Of a stretch of DNA of 26,576 nucleotides, positions 10,209-19,114 are shown piece after piece. The translations under genes and the position numbers were made by a program. The number at the start of each line of letters is the position of its first letter. Within the stretch, counting starts at the first letter, position 1. The notes beneath the pieces were generated by a model, which was not told where the DNA came from, did no database searches, and saw nothing but the letters and a program-made list of their open reading frames with translations. The stretch comes from a virus (taxonomy: Duplodnaviria; Heunggongvirae; Uroviricota; Caudoviricetes), in the IMG/VR virus record IMGVR_UViG_3300042486_001111; one strand, written 5' to 3'.

Positions 10209-12293
10209 TTATTTACACTCAACTTTCATATTAAATACTGTTCTATCCAATGGTGAGAATACTAATATGTTAATTGGCATTTCTTTTTGTTCTTTTGTAA
10301 TAGTAAATGATGAATTTTTTTTCATAATATTATCATATCCCGCACGAACAGATTTATATTTTTCAACATAGACAGGTATATTTTCTAATTTTGTACTATC
10401 AATATCTATATTTTTAATTTCATCAGTAACTTTTTTGGCTTGTGTGTCACCACCTTTAAAAATAGAATCAACTTTAAGTTTTCCACCTACAGAACCAATT
10501 GCAGCGTTAATACTTTCGATTAATCCTTCTTTTTCTTTGTAATACATTAGTTCACCCACAAAATTTCTAGACATATTATTTATTGAACTTATGTCCTCAT
10601 CATTTTTTACTTTAATATTATGTAGTTGACTCTTCGACTGTATATACAACATTTTCTTTTTTTCTTCTAAACTTAAGGCAACGTTTTTATATTCCCCATT
10701 CCAAACATCACCCATAAATCCACTAAAGAATTCTTGATCACCGTATTTAACATAAAATGCATCAGGTACCACTAATGAATCAAATGAAACTGTTAAAGTA
10801 TCACCCTCTCCAACAGGAAAAGTACTATTAACTGCCGCTGCTACGAAATTATTAGTTTTAACACCTCTTCCACCTTTAGTTTCCGCGTTATAATTACATT
10901 TTAATGGTGGGGGTGGAGTTGCCTTACAGTTACATCCAGGAACAATTCTTATTGGTTTATCTTTAGGACAAACACATTCACCTTTATCATTTTTCACTAA
11001 ATCACCTGTACACTCACATTCTTTTTTATCTACATTATATACTGTACATTCAGGGCAATTTGGACAACTACAATCATCTAATACAGGTATTTTACCTGCC
11101 GCATCACAATAACACTTATCGTTTATTGTAAATGTACCCTCTTTACATTTACAATTACCGTCTTTGTCTTTTTCCATACATTTAGGACAAGGACAACCAC
11201 AATTTTCATCAGGTGCCTTCTTACCTTCTTTATCACAATAACATTTACCGTCAGAACCTTTAATTAAACCTTCTTTACACTCACATTCACCATCTTCAAC
11301 CAATCTTTCCATACAATTAGGACATGGTTCTTTATCTTTTTTTCTACATTCACATCCTTCTTTAACATAATTAGGAGGACATTCACATTGTTTTGTTTCT
11401 TCGTTATATGTCATACCTTCAGGACACGTACATTTACCACTTTCGTCCTTTGTCATACAAGGATCTGGACATGGTTCTTTTAGTGTATAACATACTTTTG
11501 CAGTAACCGCAACTATTTGTCCAGGATTAAGTTTACGTGACGCAATGTCTGTTTTCCAATTCTCATCAACATTGTCTTTAGTATATAAACTACCACCATC
11601 TTCGTATACAGGTACTGTTGTTGGATCAATTTTAATTCCATATTTTTTACCTTCCTTATTTAAAGCATCGACAATACCATTATATAAATTAACCGCCCTA
11701 TTCTTTGCCAATTTTTGGTTGGTGCCTTGATTACCAGGATATTTTGCCAATTTTTTACCAGTGAATGGTTTGAATTCAAATTCTGTACATACACCACCAT
11801 AATCACGATCAGGTAAGACTGACCAATTTTTACAGTAATCATTAGCAAATTGTGGTTCTACCGCACCACCATAATAATTACTAGCAAATCCTTGAAGAGT
11901 GATTTCTCTGATATACATAGTACCACTATCTAAACCTTTTTTATATTCTGGATTAGAATTAATAACATTTCTTACTTCAGTTAAAAAATTATCTACTGCT
12001 GCAGATCCTTTCGGTACATTTACCACAAATCTACCAGTGGCTTTTATTTTAAAACATTCATTTTTATCTGGTAATATCGGTTCTCCCTTTTTACCTTCCA
12101 CTTCACCAGTACCTTTAGAGTCTTCTTTGGTTTTTGATTCTTCTCCTTTGTTTTCGGAAGGTTTTTCCGCAGTATTTTTTGTGGGTTCGTCACCTTCTGG
12201 ATCAGCACTCGTACTTACTTCAGTAATAGGTGTACCTTTCTCGTACACCATTAAATTTTTTATCCTATCTAATTCTTCAAATAAATTTCTCAT
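10209..12293 (-). CDS. 694-aa protein: conserved leader, acidic linker, OmpA-like domain, four 8-Cys repeats, C-terminal beta domain
   Basis: ATG at 12293 (MRNLFEELDRIKNLMVY) preferred over the TTG at 12305. ITLQGFAS...NQKLAKNRAVNL resembles OmpA-C; 32 Cys in 10926-11477; C-terminal FDSLVVPDAFYVKYG...SGFMG motif. Confidence 0.7.
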   Translation of the reverse strand: MRNLFEELDRIKNLMVYEKGTPITEVSTSADPEGDEPTKNTAEKPSENKGEESKTKEDSKGTGEVEGKKGEPILPDKNECFKIKATGRFVVNVPKGSAAVDNFLTEVRNVINSNPEYKKGLDSGTMYIREITLQGFASNYYGGAVEPQFANDYCKNWSVLPDRDYGGVCTEFEFKPFTGKKLAKYPGNQGTNQKLAKNRAVNLYNGIVDALNKEGKKYGIKIDPTTVPVYEDGGSLYTKDNVDENWKTDIASRKLNPGQIVAVTAKVCYTLKEPCPDPCMTKDESGKCTCPEGMTYNEETKQCECPPNYVKEGCECRKKDKEPCPNCMERLVEDGECECKEGLIKGSDGKCYCDKEGKKAPDENCGCPCPKCMEKDKDGNCKCKEGTFTINDKCYCDAAGKIPVLDDCSCPNCPECTVYNVDKKECECTGDLVKNDKGECVCPKDKPIRIVPGCNCKATPPPPLKCNYNAETKGGRGVKTNNFVAAAVNSTFPVGEGDTLTVSFDSLVVPDAFYVKYGDQEFFSGFMGDVWNGEYKNVALSLEEKKKMLYIQSKSQLHNIKVKNDEDISSINNMSRNFVGELMYYKEKEGLIESINAAIGSVGGKLKVDSIFKGGDTQAKKVTDEIKNIDIDSTKLENIPVYVEKYKSVRAGYDNIMKKNSSFTITKEQKEMPINILVFSPLDRTVFNMKVECK
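10926..11477 (-). repeat. Four tandem ~45-aa protein repeats, CPx(1-2)C-CxC-CxC-CxC (8 Cys each)
   Basis: Units: CPDPC..CTC..CEC..CEC / CPNC..CEC..CYC..CGC / CPKC..CKC..CYC..CSC / CPEC..CEC..CVC..CNC. Confidence 0.9.
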
Positions 12294-12310
12294 ACTATTA
12301 ACCAATTTTT

Positions 12311-12341
12311 TTGGCAGTTAAAAAAATATATACTATATTTG
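12311..12341 (+). promoter_or_regulatory. Host-sigma (Bacteroidota-type) promoter TTGGCA-N17-TATATTTG
   Basis: Matches the TTG...TAnnTTTG consensus and ends 21 nt upstream of the ATG at 12363. Same geometry as the sites at 20039-20069 and 22046-22076. Confidence 0.7.
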
Positions 12342-12342
12342 T

Positions 12343-12355
12343 TATATAAATACTT
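12343..12355 (-). promoter_or_regulatory. Putative late-type promoter motif AAGTATTTATATA
   Basis: Shares TATTTATATA with two other intergenic sites; 49 nt upstream of the ATG at 12293. Confidence 0.55.
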
Positions 12356-12362
12356 AACAACT

Positions 12363-12920
12363 ATGAAAAAAATACTTTTCACCCTTTTATTTTTAAATAG
12401 TATTTTATGTTTTTCTCAGAAAAATTTTACTATGGCTGAGTTTAATTTAATCACAGATAATGGTCAAAAATGGAATAATAATATTAAGATTTTCATTTAT
12501 GGAGACTGTAGTTTTAGTGATTCAGTAACAATTGTAAAGACAATCACTGAGTTCAATTCTATTTTAGAGACAGTTCAAATAGAGTTGGTTGATGATATAT
12601 CATTATCAAATACTGTAATGTATTTTACAACTGATAATGATTTTATTAAACTTTTCCCTTGGAGTGAGAAGGATGTTAAAAATTCTACAGGTATAACTTA
12701 TACTAATGTTGCTGGTAAAAAAATTACTAAGGTTAGATTACATATTGATATTACTGAATGTAGAAAATACTCATGTATGCCCATAACTATTAGGCACGAA
12801 ATGTTCCATATTTTAGGTTTTGGTCATATAGAAAATGAAAAAAATACTATACTTAAAAGTCGTAGTGAAGAGTTTAGTGAAAGGGATAAGGAAATGATTT
12901 CTTTATTATATAAAAAATAA
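12363..12920 (+). CDS. Secreted zinc metalloprotease (metzincin/matrixin-like), 185 aa
   Basis: Signal peptide MKKILFTLLFLNSILCFS|Q; HEMFHILGFGH = HExxHxxGxxH; C-terminal FSERDKEMISLLY resembles the matrixin final helix. Start moved from TTG 12339 to ATG 12363. Confidence 0.8.
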   Translation: MKKILFTLLFLNSILCFSQKNFTMAEFNLITDNGQKWNNNIKIFIYGDCSFSDSVTIVKTITEFNSILETVQIELVDDISLSNTVMYFTTDNDFIKLFPWSEKDVKNSTGITYTNVAGKKITKVRLHIDITECRKYSCMPITIRHEMFHILGFGHIENEKNTILKSRSEEFSERDKEMISLLYKK

Positions 12921-12945
12921 AAGTCGGATTTCTCCGACTTTTTTT
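12919..12945. terminator. Bidirectional intrinsic terminator
   Basis: AAAAGTCGGA-TTTC-TCCGACTTTT perfect 10-bp stem (GAAA loop on the minus strand) with T runs on both strands, between convergent stops at 12920 and 12944. Confidence 0.85.
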
Positions 12946-13156
12946 AGTTCAAGTTTTTTGTACCTTTTAAATGTTTAGGTTCATAGGGGCAGTGTTTACA
13001 ACCACTACCACAACAACTTCCTCTTCGTTTATGGTATTCTTCAGTCATGACTATCCTTCCTTGATTATCATAATAGAATTCATCTGGTTGTAATTTAGGT
13101 CCGAACTCTCTAACATATAATTGTTGTACCCAATCTTTAGATGCGCCTACATTCAT
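12944..13156 (-). CDS. DUF5522-like small Cys-rich protein
   Basis: FYYDNQGRIVMTEEYHKRRGSCCGSGCKHCPY matches the DUF5522 pattern (H..RG.CCgsgCrHCPY). Starts 2 nt after the RNR stop. Confidence 0.8.
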   Translation of the reverse strand: MNVGASKDWVQQLYVREFGPKLQPDEFYYDNQGRIVMTEEYHKRRGSCCGSGCKHCPYEPKHLKGTKNLN

Positions 13157-13158
13157 AA

Positions 13159-15018
13159 TTACACTATTTCACATGCTCCCCCAGCACAAGCAACTTCGCC
13201 AGAAAGGTTAGTATTATCCTGTAGTTCAATAACTTTAGTTAAATCTAAGTTACTTAAAGACTTCATCATTTTTTCATAAGTTTGTTCATCACAATCCTCA
13301 AAAGGTGCTTGTTGGTACGTCCCCCCATTATATGGTAATACTGATAATCCATTATAGAATTTTCTGTTTTCCCACATCCATTCACCAGCGTATTCCCACT
13401 CATCTTCTTTCAAAGAAATTGTTGCGGATACATTATGACTATTTTGTCCACTTCTATGTCCTGGTTTAATCCACTCTTGAGATACTTTTTTTACTCTTTC
13501 TAATAAATCAAAAGAGGATTCGTATCTTAAAATAGATCCTTCAGGTGATTTTTGTGGTATAGAAATAACTGCAGTATCGTGAGGTCTGAATATTTCATCC
13601 TCTATTAATTCAGGATGATTAACAGACAAATAAGTATAAATAGCCTCATTTTTTCCAACTCTAATTCTTCTAACATAATAGTCATTATGCCAAGCGTGAA
13701 TGCCTGATGAAGTACCTAAAACTAAAGATGATGTACCTGAAGGTTTTACTGTTGTAGTTCTAGCCGCATTATTAATACCAATTAATTTTGCAACTCTTTC
13801 GTTTTCTTCTTTTACTGCCTTTGCCGCTAATTTCATATCATAGCCTAAAACTACTCCAGAACCAATACCTGTCATACCGACACCAATCAATGCGTCTTTC
13901 TCTGTAGTTCTTTTCCAAACATCTCTTAGGTAATGGAAGTCAGTATAACCAGCCTGTAGTGTACCAATAAATGCGGCACCCTTAACTCTGATTTCAAAAT
14001 CTTCTTGAGATTCAATATCTGAAGCATTTACCTCACATAAATTACAGAATTGGTATGGTCTCAAACCAATCTCACAACAAGGGTTAGTACCCCAATCTTT
14101 ATCGTTAGATAAGTAAATTCCTGGTTCACCTGCTCCTGATAATTCAATTCTCTTCCACAAGTCTAAGAAAAATTCTTTTGTAATTTTGTGTCTAAGTAAT
14201 ACTGCTGAGTTATTCGCCCTTCCTCTTTGTGGATTCAATTCCCACCAGTTACCTGATTTACACGAAATCATCTCATTATCATCCGCACTAAATAAACTAA
14301 TTAATGCTGCTCTTCTAATACCACCAGCCAATACCGCATCTGCAATATGACAAACTATATCGTGAACCTCAATAGATGATAATTTTTCACCATCAGATTT
14401 AGCATCTAATACTTTTTTAATATTGTGAATACAATCTTTTAACGGTTGTGGTCCAGGTGCCTTTCCACCTGATGTTACTAATAATGCCCCTTTTTGTCTA
14501 ATATCTGAAAAATCAAATACTGGCGTCGATGACTTTATACCAAAATAAGATTCCACTAACATCTTAATTGCATCTGCCCATCCTTCAATAGAGTCACTAA
14601 TTAAGTATCTTCTATTTCTATTAGGGTTTGGTTTTTTAATGTCAGGTAATGCCTCAACATGATGTTTTTGTACTGAGAACCCTACACCTGTACCACCTAA
14701 AAGTAAAAACATAGTTTCTGAAAATGCGTCCACATGATCAATAGGTAAATATGCGCAATTATATACTCTGTTAGGTGATATTTCTATAGGTTTACCACCG
14801 AACTGTAAACTTCTCATTGATGGTAATATTTTTTTGTCATACACCAATTGATAAACCCCTTCAATTTCATCTTTAATATGAGGGTATTTTTTTTGATGCA
14901 TTTCTTTATTTCTTGTAACTAACTCTTCCCAAGTCTCTCTTCTATTTTCAGTAGGTAGATATTTTGCATATTTCATATATACCGTAATGTCTGATAGAAT
15001 TTTGTTTGATAACTCCAT
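13159..15018 (-). CDS. nrdJ: Class II (adenosylcobalamin-dependent) ribonucleotide reductase, monomeric RTPR-like
   Basis: PSMRSLQFGG, YNCAY, GGTGVGFS, GGIRRAALISL, finger-loop TNPCCEI, FCNLCEV, TTVKPSGT and C-terminal ACAGGACEI redox pair. 619 aa, with no adjacent beta subunit gene. Confidence 0.9.
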   Translation of the reverse strand: MELSNKILSDITVYMKYAKYLPTENRRETWEELVTRNKEMHQKKYPHIKDEIEGVYQLVYDKKILPSMRSLQFGGKPIEISPNRVYNCAYLPIDHVDAFSETMFLLLGGTGVGFSVQKHHVEALPDIKKPNPNRNRRYLISDSIEGWADAIKMLVESYFGIKSSTPVFDFSDIRQKGALLVTSGGKAPGPQPLKDCIHNIKKVLDAKSDGEKLSSIEVHDIVCHIADAVLAGGIRRAALISLFSADDNEMISCKSGNWWELNPQRGRANNSAVLLRHKITKEFFLDLWKRIELSGAGEPGIYLSNDKDWGTNPCCEIGLRPYQFCNLCEVNASDIESQEDFEIRVKGAAFIGTLQAGYTDFHYLRDVWKRTTEKDALIGVGMTGIGSGVVLGYDMKLAAKAVKEENERVAKLIGINNAARTTTVKPSGTSSLVLGTSSGIHAWHNDYYVRRIRVGKNEAIYTYLSVNHPELIEDEIFRPHDTAVISIPQKSPEGSILRYESSFDLLERVKKVSQEWIKPGHRSGQNSHNVSATISLKEDEWEYAGEWMWENRKFYNGLSVLPYNGGTYQQAPFEDCDEQTYEKMMKSLSNLDLTKVIELQDNTNLSGEVACAGGACEIV

Positions 15019-15064
15019 TTTTTATTTTATTTTTTTTATTATTTATTAGGGTGTTTGTTTCCAT

Positions 15065-15087
15065 AATGGTTTATTAGATAAACCATT
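15065..15087. promoter_or_regulatory. Perfect 10-bp inverted repeat upstream of nrdJ
   Basis: AATGGTTTAT-TAG-ATAAACCATT in the helicase-nrdJ intergenic region, 46 nt before the nrdJ ATG. Confidence 0.5.
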
Positions 15088-15106
15088 CATTTTATTAATT
15101 TATAAA

Positions 15107-16498
15107 TCAGTTATTAGTCATTGGTATATTCCTTTTATTTTGAATTGTACTCGCTATAAAATCGGAATCTTTCCTTTTCTGTCCCTTTTCATGTTGTAAA
15201 AGTGTGACATCTGTACTTTCACTAGTATCTATATTTAAAGTACCATTATCAAAAACTATGTCTGTAAAAACAACACCATCTCTACCAAATCTAGATTTAA
15301 GAACTGCTAATGTAGCCCTACCTTCTTCTTTCTGATCCAACGTCTTCGCTACGGATAAAATAAAATGCCCTATTTGTCCTTTCTTAATTGATCCACCCAT
15401 CATATTTGCCTCAACTAAGTCTGCACCAATCGCACTACGATTACCTTGTACTGCAGTCCACCCAGCAATGTCTAATTCAGACAACATTGTTTCAAATTGT
15501 CTCATAACATTACCTTCACCACTAAACTCATCTTTAAATTGTTTAGTAGGTTGTACACAATCAATGTAATCTAAAAATACGATATCAGGTTTAATACCAG
15601 AAGAAATTAATTTTCTAAGATATTGTTTAATATGAGGTACAGTTGTACCATCACTAGACATTTTCTTTAAAATTAAATTACCTTCTTGATTTTGGAATCT
15701 AGGGATGATTTCTTGAACTTCCTCTCTTCTATCACCTAATTCATTTAAATCAATACCAGTGAAACAAGTTAAGTGTTTTCTTTGAATAACTTTAACATTA
15801 TCCTCAAAAAATATTTGAACTACGTTCTTTCCATCCAAATATGCGGTGTTAGCCATTCTCGTCATAATGGTTGTTTTACCAACACCAAATGCTGCCAATA
15901 TTACACCTAATTCTCCCTTAGATAATCCACCACCCATAAGATTATCAATTCCTACTAAACCTGTCGGTATAGGGTTTCTAAAATCATCCGATAGCACATC
16001 TTCAATAGCGTGAAACATATCAACACCTTCGTCTTTCTCAGTACCAACCGTTATAGCCCGTTTTACTAATTCTTCACACTCTTCATATCTATCAAAATCT
16101 CCATTATCTAAAATCTTTTGGATTTTTTGTGTAGCCTTCTTAAGTTCTTGTTGTTTGCAGAACTTAATGGCAACGTCTTGGGTGTGTAAACAGTCTTTAT
16201 TGTCAGATTCTTTTACTTCTTTAATTAATTCAACTGCCGATTCTCTCGCTATTTCTCTACGGACTTGTGTTTTAATTAGATTAAAGATAGTTTCATAAGA
16301 AGGTATTGTTTCATACTTTTCATAGTAATCTTTCAAACTAGCCACAATTAGTCTCATATACTCATTATCAAAATAGTTTGGATCAACTATTGAGATGATG
16401 CTTTCTGAAAATTTATGATCTTCAACTAATTGTTTAACTAACTTTATTTGAAAACTATAGCCTAAATAGCCTAAGTTAATACTCTCATTTTTCGCCAT
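15107..16498 (-). CDS. dnaB: Replicative DNA helicase (DnaB / T4 gp41-like, SF4)
   Basis: IPTGLVGIDNLMGGGLSKGELGVILAAFGVGKTT (Walker A), IVFLDYID (Walker B), TAVQGNR, VLKSRFG (Arg finger). Confidence 0.92.
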   Translation of the reverse strand: MAKNESINLGYLGYSFQIKLVKQLVEDHKFSESIISIVDPNYFDNEYMRLIVASLKDYYEKYETIPSYETIFNLIKTQVRREIARESAVELIKEVKESDNKDCLHTQDVAIKFCKQQELKKATQKIQKILDNGDFDRYEECEELVKRAITVGTEKDEGVDMFHAIEDVLSDDFRNPIPTGLVGIDNLMGGGLSKGELGVILAAFGVGKTTIMTRMANTAYLDGKNVVQIFFEDNVKVIQRKHLTCFTGIDLNELGDRREEVQEIIPRFQNQEGNLILKKMSSDGTTVPHIKQYLRKLISSGIKPDIVFLDYIDCVQPTKQFKDEFSGEGNVMRQFETMLSELDIAGWTAVQGNRSAIGADLVEANMMGGSIKKGQIGHFILSVAKTLDQKEEGRATLAVLKSRFGRDGVVFTDIVFDNGTLNIDTSESTDVTLLQHEKGQKRKDSDFIASTIQNKRNIPMTNN

Positions 16499-16512
16499 TC
16501 TTATATCTGATT

Positions 16513-16995
16513 TTAGTTATTAATAAATATGCCATCTAAGTTATAACCGCAGTAATTTTTTGTATAATTTTTCATACTTAACCCATGTTGCAAATAATCG
16601 ATGATTCTTGGAATAATTTTTCTTATGTCTACGTCATATCTCACGTTTGGTGGGTAATCGTTACCACTAAAAATTCTTTCACATATAACTCTGTCTTTCA
16701 CTTTTAATTGTAAAGTAAAGAAGTCTTCGTTTTCATATATGTCAACCTTTTCAGTTTCCTCTGCCGTAGTATAGAAGTTATAATACTTTTCCATATAATC
16801 ATATGTATTATTTTTAAAATGTTCTTTTATAACATCTACTACACTATCTATAGTTTCTTTTATTTCGTAAGATAATAGAGAGTCTCTATTGAAATTTTTA
16901 ACATTAAAATTTCTACCTACGATTGGGTTTCCGTTAATCATAAATAAAAATTCATACGGATAACTTTGATAACTTTTTTTCATTTCTTTATTCAT
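16513..16995 (-). CDS. 160-aa hypothetical protein in the replication operon
   Basis: ORF overlaps the exonuclease stop and ends 14 nt before the helicase start; no recognisable motif. Confidence 0.7.
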   Translation of the reverse strand: MNKEMKKSYQSYPYEFLFMINGNPIVGRNFNVKNFNRDSLLSYEIKETIDSVVDVIKEHFKNNTYDYMEKYYNFYTTAEETEKVDIYENEDFFTLQLKVKDRVICERIFSGNDYPPNVRYDVDIRKIIPRIIDYLQHGLSMKNYTKNYCGYNLDGIFINN

Positions 16996-18031
16996 AATTT
17001 TGACTGTAATAACTTTTTTCTTTCTTTATTATCGATAGGAATGGTTGTAAAAAATTTATATACCCATCTCTACCTCCAGGTATTGCCATCATTAACCCAT
17101 CTTCTAACATCATTTTTATTACATTTTTTACTTCCCTTCCTTCAGGATCTATTGGGGTGTTAAAAACGTTATCTAATTCTGTTTTAGTTGTTTCTGTTAA
17201 TAAGGGATTACCTAGATTTATAATTCTTTCATTTATTTCAAAAATCTTATCTTTTTGAGAACCTTTGGTAACTCTATTTAGTATGTTATCAAGTGATTTC
17301 AATCTATTTTTTCTTTCATTTTGTATACTTACAATTTTACTAAAAATATATTCTAAAGTCAAAGTTTTTTCCTTAATTTCTGGAAAAAAATTAACTAAAG
17401 TTTTTTCACTGATACCTTGTATACCTTTGATATTGTCACTAGTATCACCAGTAATGATTTTTATTAATTTAAGATTTGTTGGGTGGTGATTAAAATATGT
17501 TAAATAATTGTCCTGTGTGACAATCCTTTTTAGATTAATTACATATACACCAACCCTTTCACCTATTAGTTGACATAAATCTCTATCATTACTCATTATA
17601 ACCACTTTCTCATCTTCAGACATATTTTGAACATAGTGTCCGATACAATCATCGGCTTCTGTAATTTCATCTCTATATTGTCGTATGAATAGTTCTTCAC
17701 AATAAGCAATAACCCTTTCTTTTTGTAGATATAATTCTAAATCAGAAGGTGGTTGTTCATTATAGAAATCTTTATCTCTATTAGATTTATATTCTTTGTA
17801 GATATCATATCTCAATCTACCACTGAATTGTCCATCCCAAAAAACATACACTCTATCAAATTTATACTCGTTTAACATTTTTCTAACCATAGTTAGGAAT
17901 TGAAAAATCCCACCTATATGGGTATCTTTATAATAAAGATCCTTAGCCCCATGATAGGCGGTTTTAATCAACGAGTCACCATCAACAACAAGTGTTTTTT
18001 TAAATTTTTTCTTTTTTTCTGGGAATTTCAC
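16988..18031 (-). CDS. 5'-3' exonuclease / flap endonuclease (Pol I N-terminal domain, T4 RNase H-like)
   Basis: LVVDGDSL, VFWDG, YKEYKSNR, EADDCIG, SNDRDLCQL and GDTSDNIKGIQGISEKT (H3TH) motifs; GTG start. Confidence 0.92.
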   Translation of the reverse strand: MKFPEKKKKFKKTLVVDGDSLIKTAYHGAKDLYYKDTHIGGIFQFLTMVRKMLNEYKFDRVYVFWDGQFSGRLRYDIYKEYKSNRDKDFYNEQPPSDLELYLQKERVIAYCEELFIRQYRDEITEADDCIGHYVQNMSEDEKVVIMSNDRDLCQLIGERVGVYVINLKRIVTQDNYLTYFNHHPTNLKLIKIITGDTSDNIKGIQGISEKTLVNFFPEIKEKTLTLEYIFSKIVSIQNERKNRLKSLDNILNRVTKGSQKDKIFEINERIINLGNPLLTETTKTELDNVFNTPIDPEGREVKNVIKMMLEDGLMMAIPGGRDGYINFLQPFLSIIKKEKSYYSQNYE

Positions 18032-18056
18032 ACATTCTTTATTGAAGGTTCAACAA

Positions 18057-19106
18057 TCAATCGTCAGAATAATCTACAGGAGATTCAATTACGTTGTCTT
18101 CAACTACATCAAAAGATGTGTCATCAAATACACCATCAAATACTTCTGCCCAATAATCTTTATTCTCAGATTTGTATTTATCAATGTCTTTTTTATCATC
18201 TTCAATGAAACCGTGTGTGGTTGCAAGTATTTTGTTATCTGCGTAACCTAAACCATTCATATGGTTCTTATGGATACCCACTTTAGTTCTAATTGCGAAA
18301 TTAACTTTTCTACCCTTATTAGTTGCAGAAAGTTTAGATACACCAGAACTCTTTTGATTTCCAAACAAAAATACTAATGCGCAAGATAGGTAAATAGAAT
18401 TACCACCTTTAGGTGCAATTGTTGGTTGTCCAAATGGATTATCAGGTAAAGCAACCCATGGTTGGTTTACGAAAACCATAGTATTGGTGTATGGATAACT
18501 TTCTTTTCTTGAAGATGTTATCCTTTGTGCCAATCCCATACCCCATTTTTCAGATATAACTCTCGCAGTATGTTGGTTACCACCTTTACCGTCAAAACTC
18601 ATTTGACAAGGTATCGTACCAATAGAATCCCACAAAAACACAATGTCGTGTGGAATTTCACCATTTTTTTGTGCGTCCAATACTTCGGTTACATAATCAA
18701 ACGCTTGTTCGATATAATCGAATCCTAACTTATAAAGTAAGAATCCGTCCCAGTATGCAGAAACTTCTCCTGTCTCTTCGTCAACTTCTTCAATGTATTC
18801 AGTTTCTAAACCCATTTGTTTAGCGTGTTCAAAACTAAATTTTTGTTCTGTTATGATGAAAACAGGTAGAATATTTTTTTTCTGTGCATCTACCGCAGTC
18901 TGTAAAAGTGCAGTTGTTTTTCCAGTGTCTGAATGACCTAGAAGCATATTAATCTGACCCATAGCAGGTCCTGGTAGACCAGTCGCCTTCTGAAAGGCTT
19001 CCCCTAGATCAAAGTACCTTTGTTCTTTGTACTTTTCACTAGAGGAAAACTTCTTTCTTATAGACGAAAAATCAGATGCTTTTTTCTTTAGTGGTTGTTT
19101 CGCCAT
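18057..19106 (-). CDS. uvsX: RecA/UvsX-like recombinase
   Basis: Walker A GHSDTGKTT, Walker B VFLWDSIG, VFVNQ, PKGGNSIY, KNH. Directly downstream of the SSB gene. Confidence 0.88.
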   Translation of the reverse strand: MAKQPLKKKASDFSSIRKKFSSSEKYKEQRYFDLGEAFQKATGLPGPAMGQINMLLGHSDTGKTTALLQTAVDAQKKNILPVFIITEQKFSFEHAKQMGLETEYIEEVDEETGEVSAYWDGFLLYKLGFDYIEQAFDYVTEVLDAQKNGEIPHDIVFLWDSIGTIPCQMSFDGKGGNQHTARVISEKWGMGLAQRITSSRKESYPYTNTMVFVNQPWVALPDNPFGQPTIAPKGGNSIYLSCALVFLFGNQKSSGVSKLSATNKGRKVNFAIRTKVGIHKNHMNGLGYADNKILATTHGFIEDDKKDIDKYKSENKDYWAEVFDGVFDDTSFDVVEDNVIESPVDYSDD

Positions 19107-19114
19107 ATTATATA

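Noticed and set aside
8534-12321. ORFs 8534..8779, 11545..11730, 11660..11848, 11899..12321
   Set aside because: Antisense or alternate-frame shadows of well-supported genes. The Ser/Phe/Leu richness mirrors Glu/Lys codons on the coding strand.
12345-12352. TATAAATA on the + strand as a T4-type late promoter for the protease
   Set aside because: The other copies (10155, 21029) have no plus-strand gene downstream, so the functional orientation is more likely minus.
18039-18056. Weak hairpin TTGTTGA-ACCT-TCAATAA upstream of the exonuclease GTG start
   Set aside because: Only 7 bp, AT-rich with a G-U pair; too weak to call.
13159-19106. Inteins, introns or homing endonucleases in RNR, helicase or RecA
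   Set aside because: Protein lengths are normal and motifs contiguous; no intein or endonuclease motifs seen.
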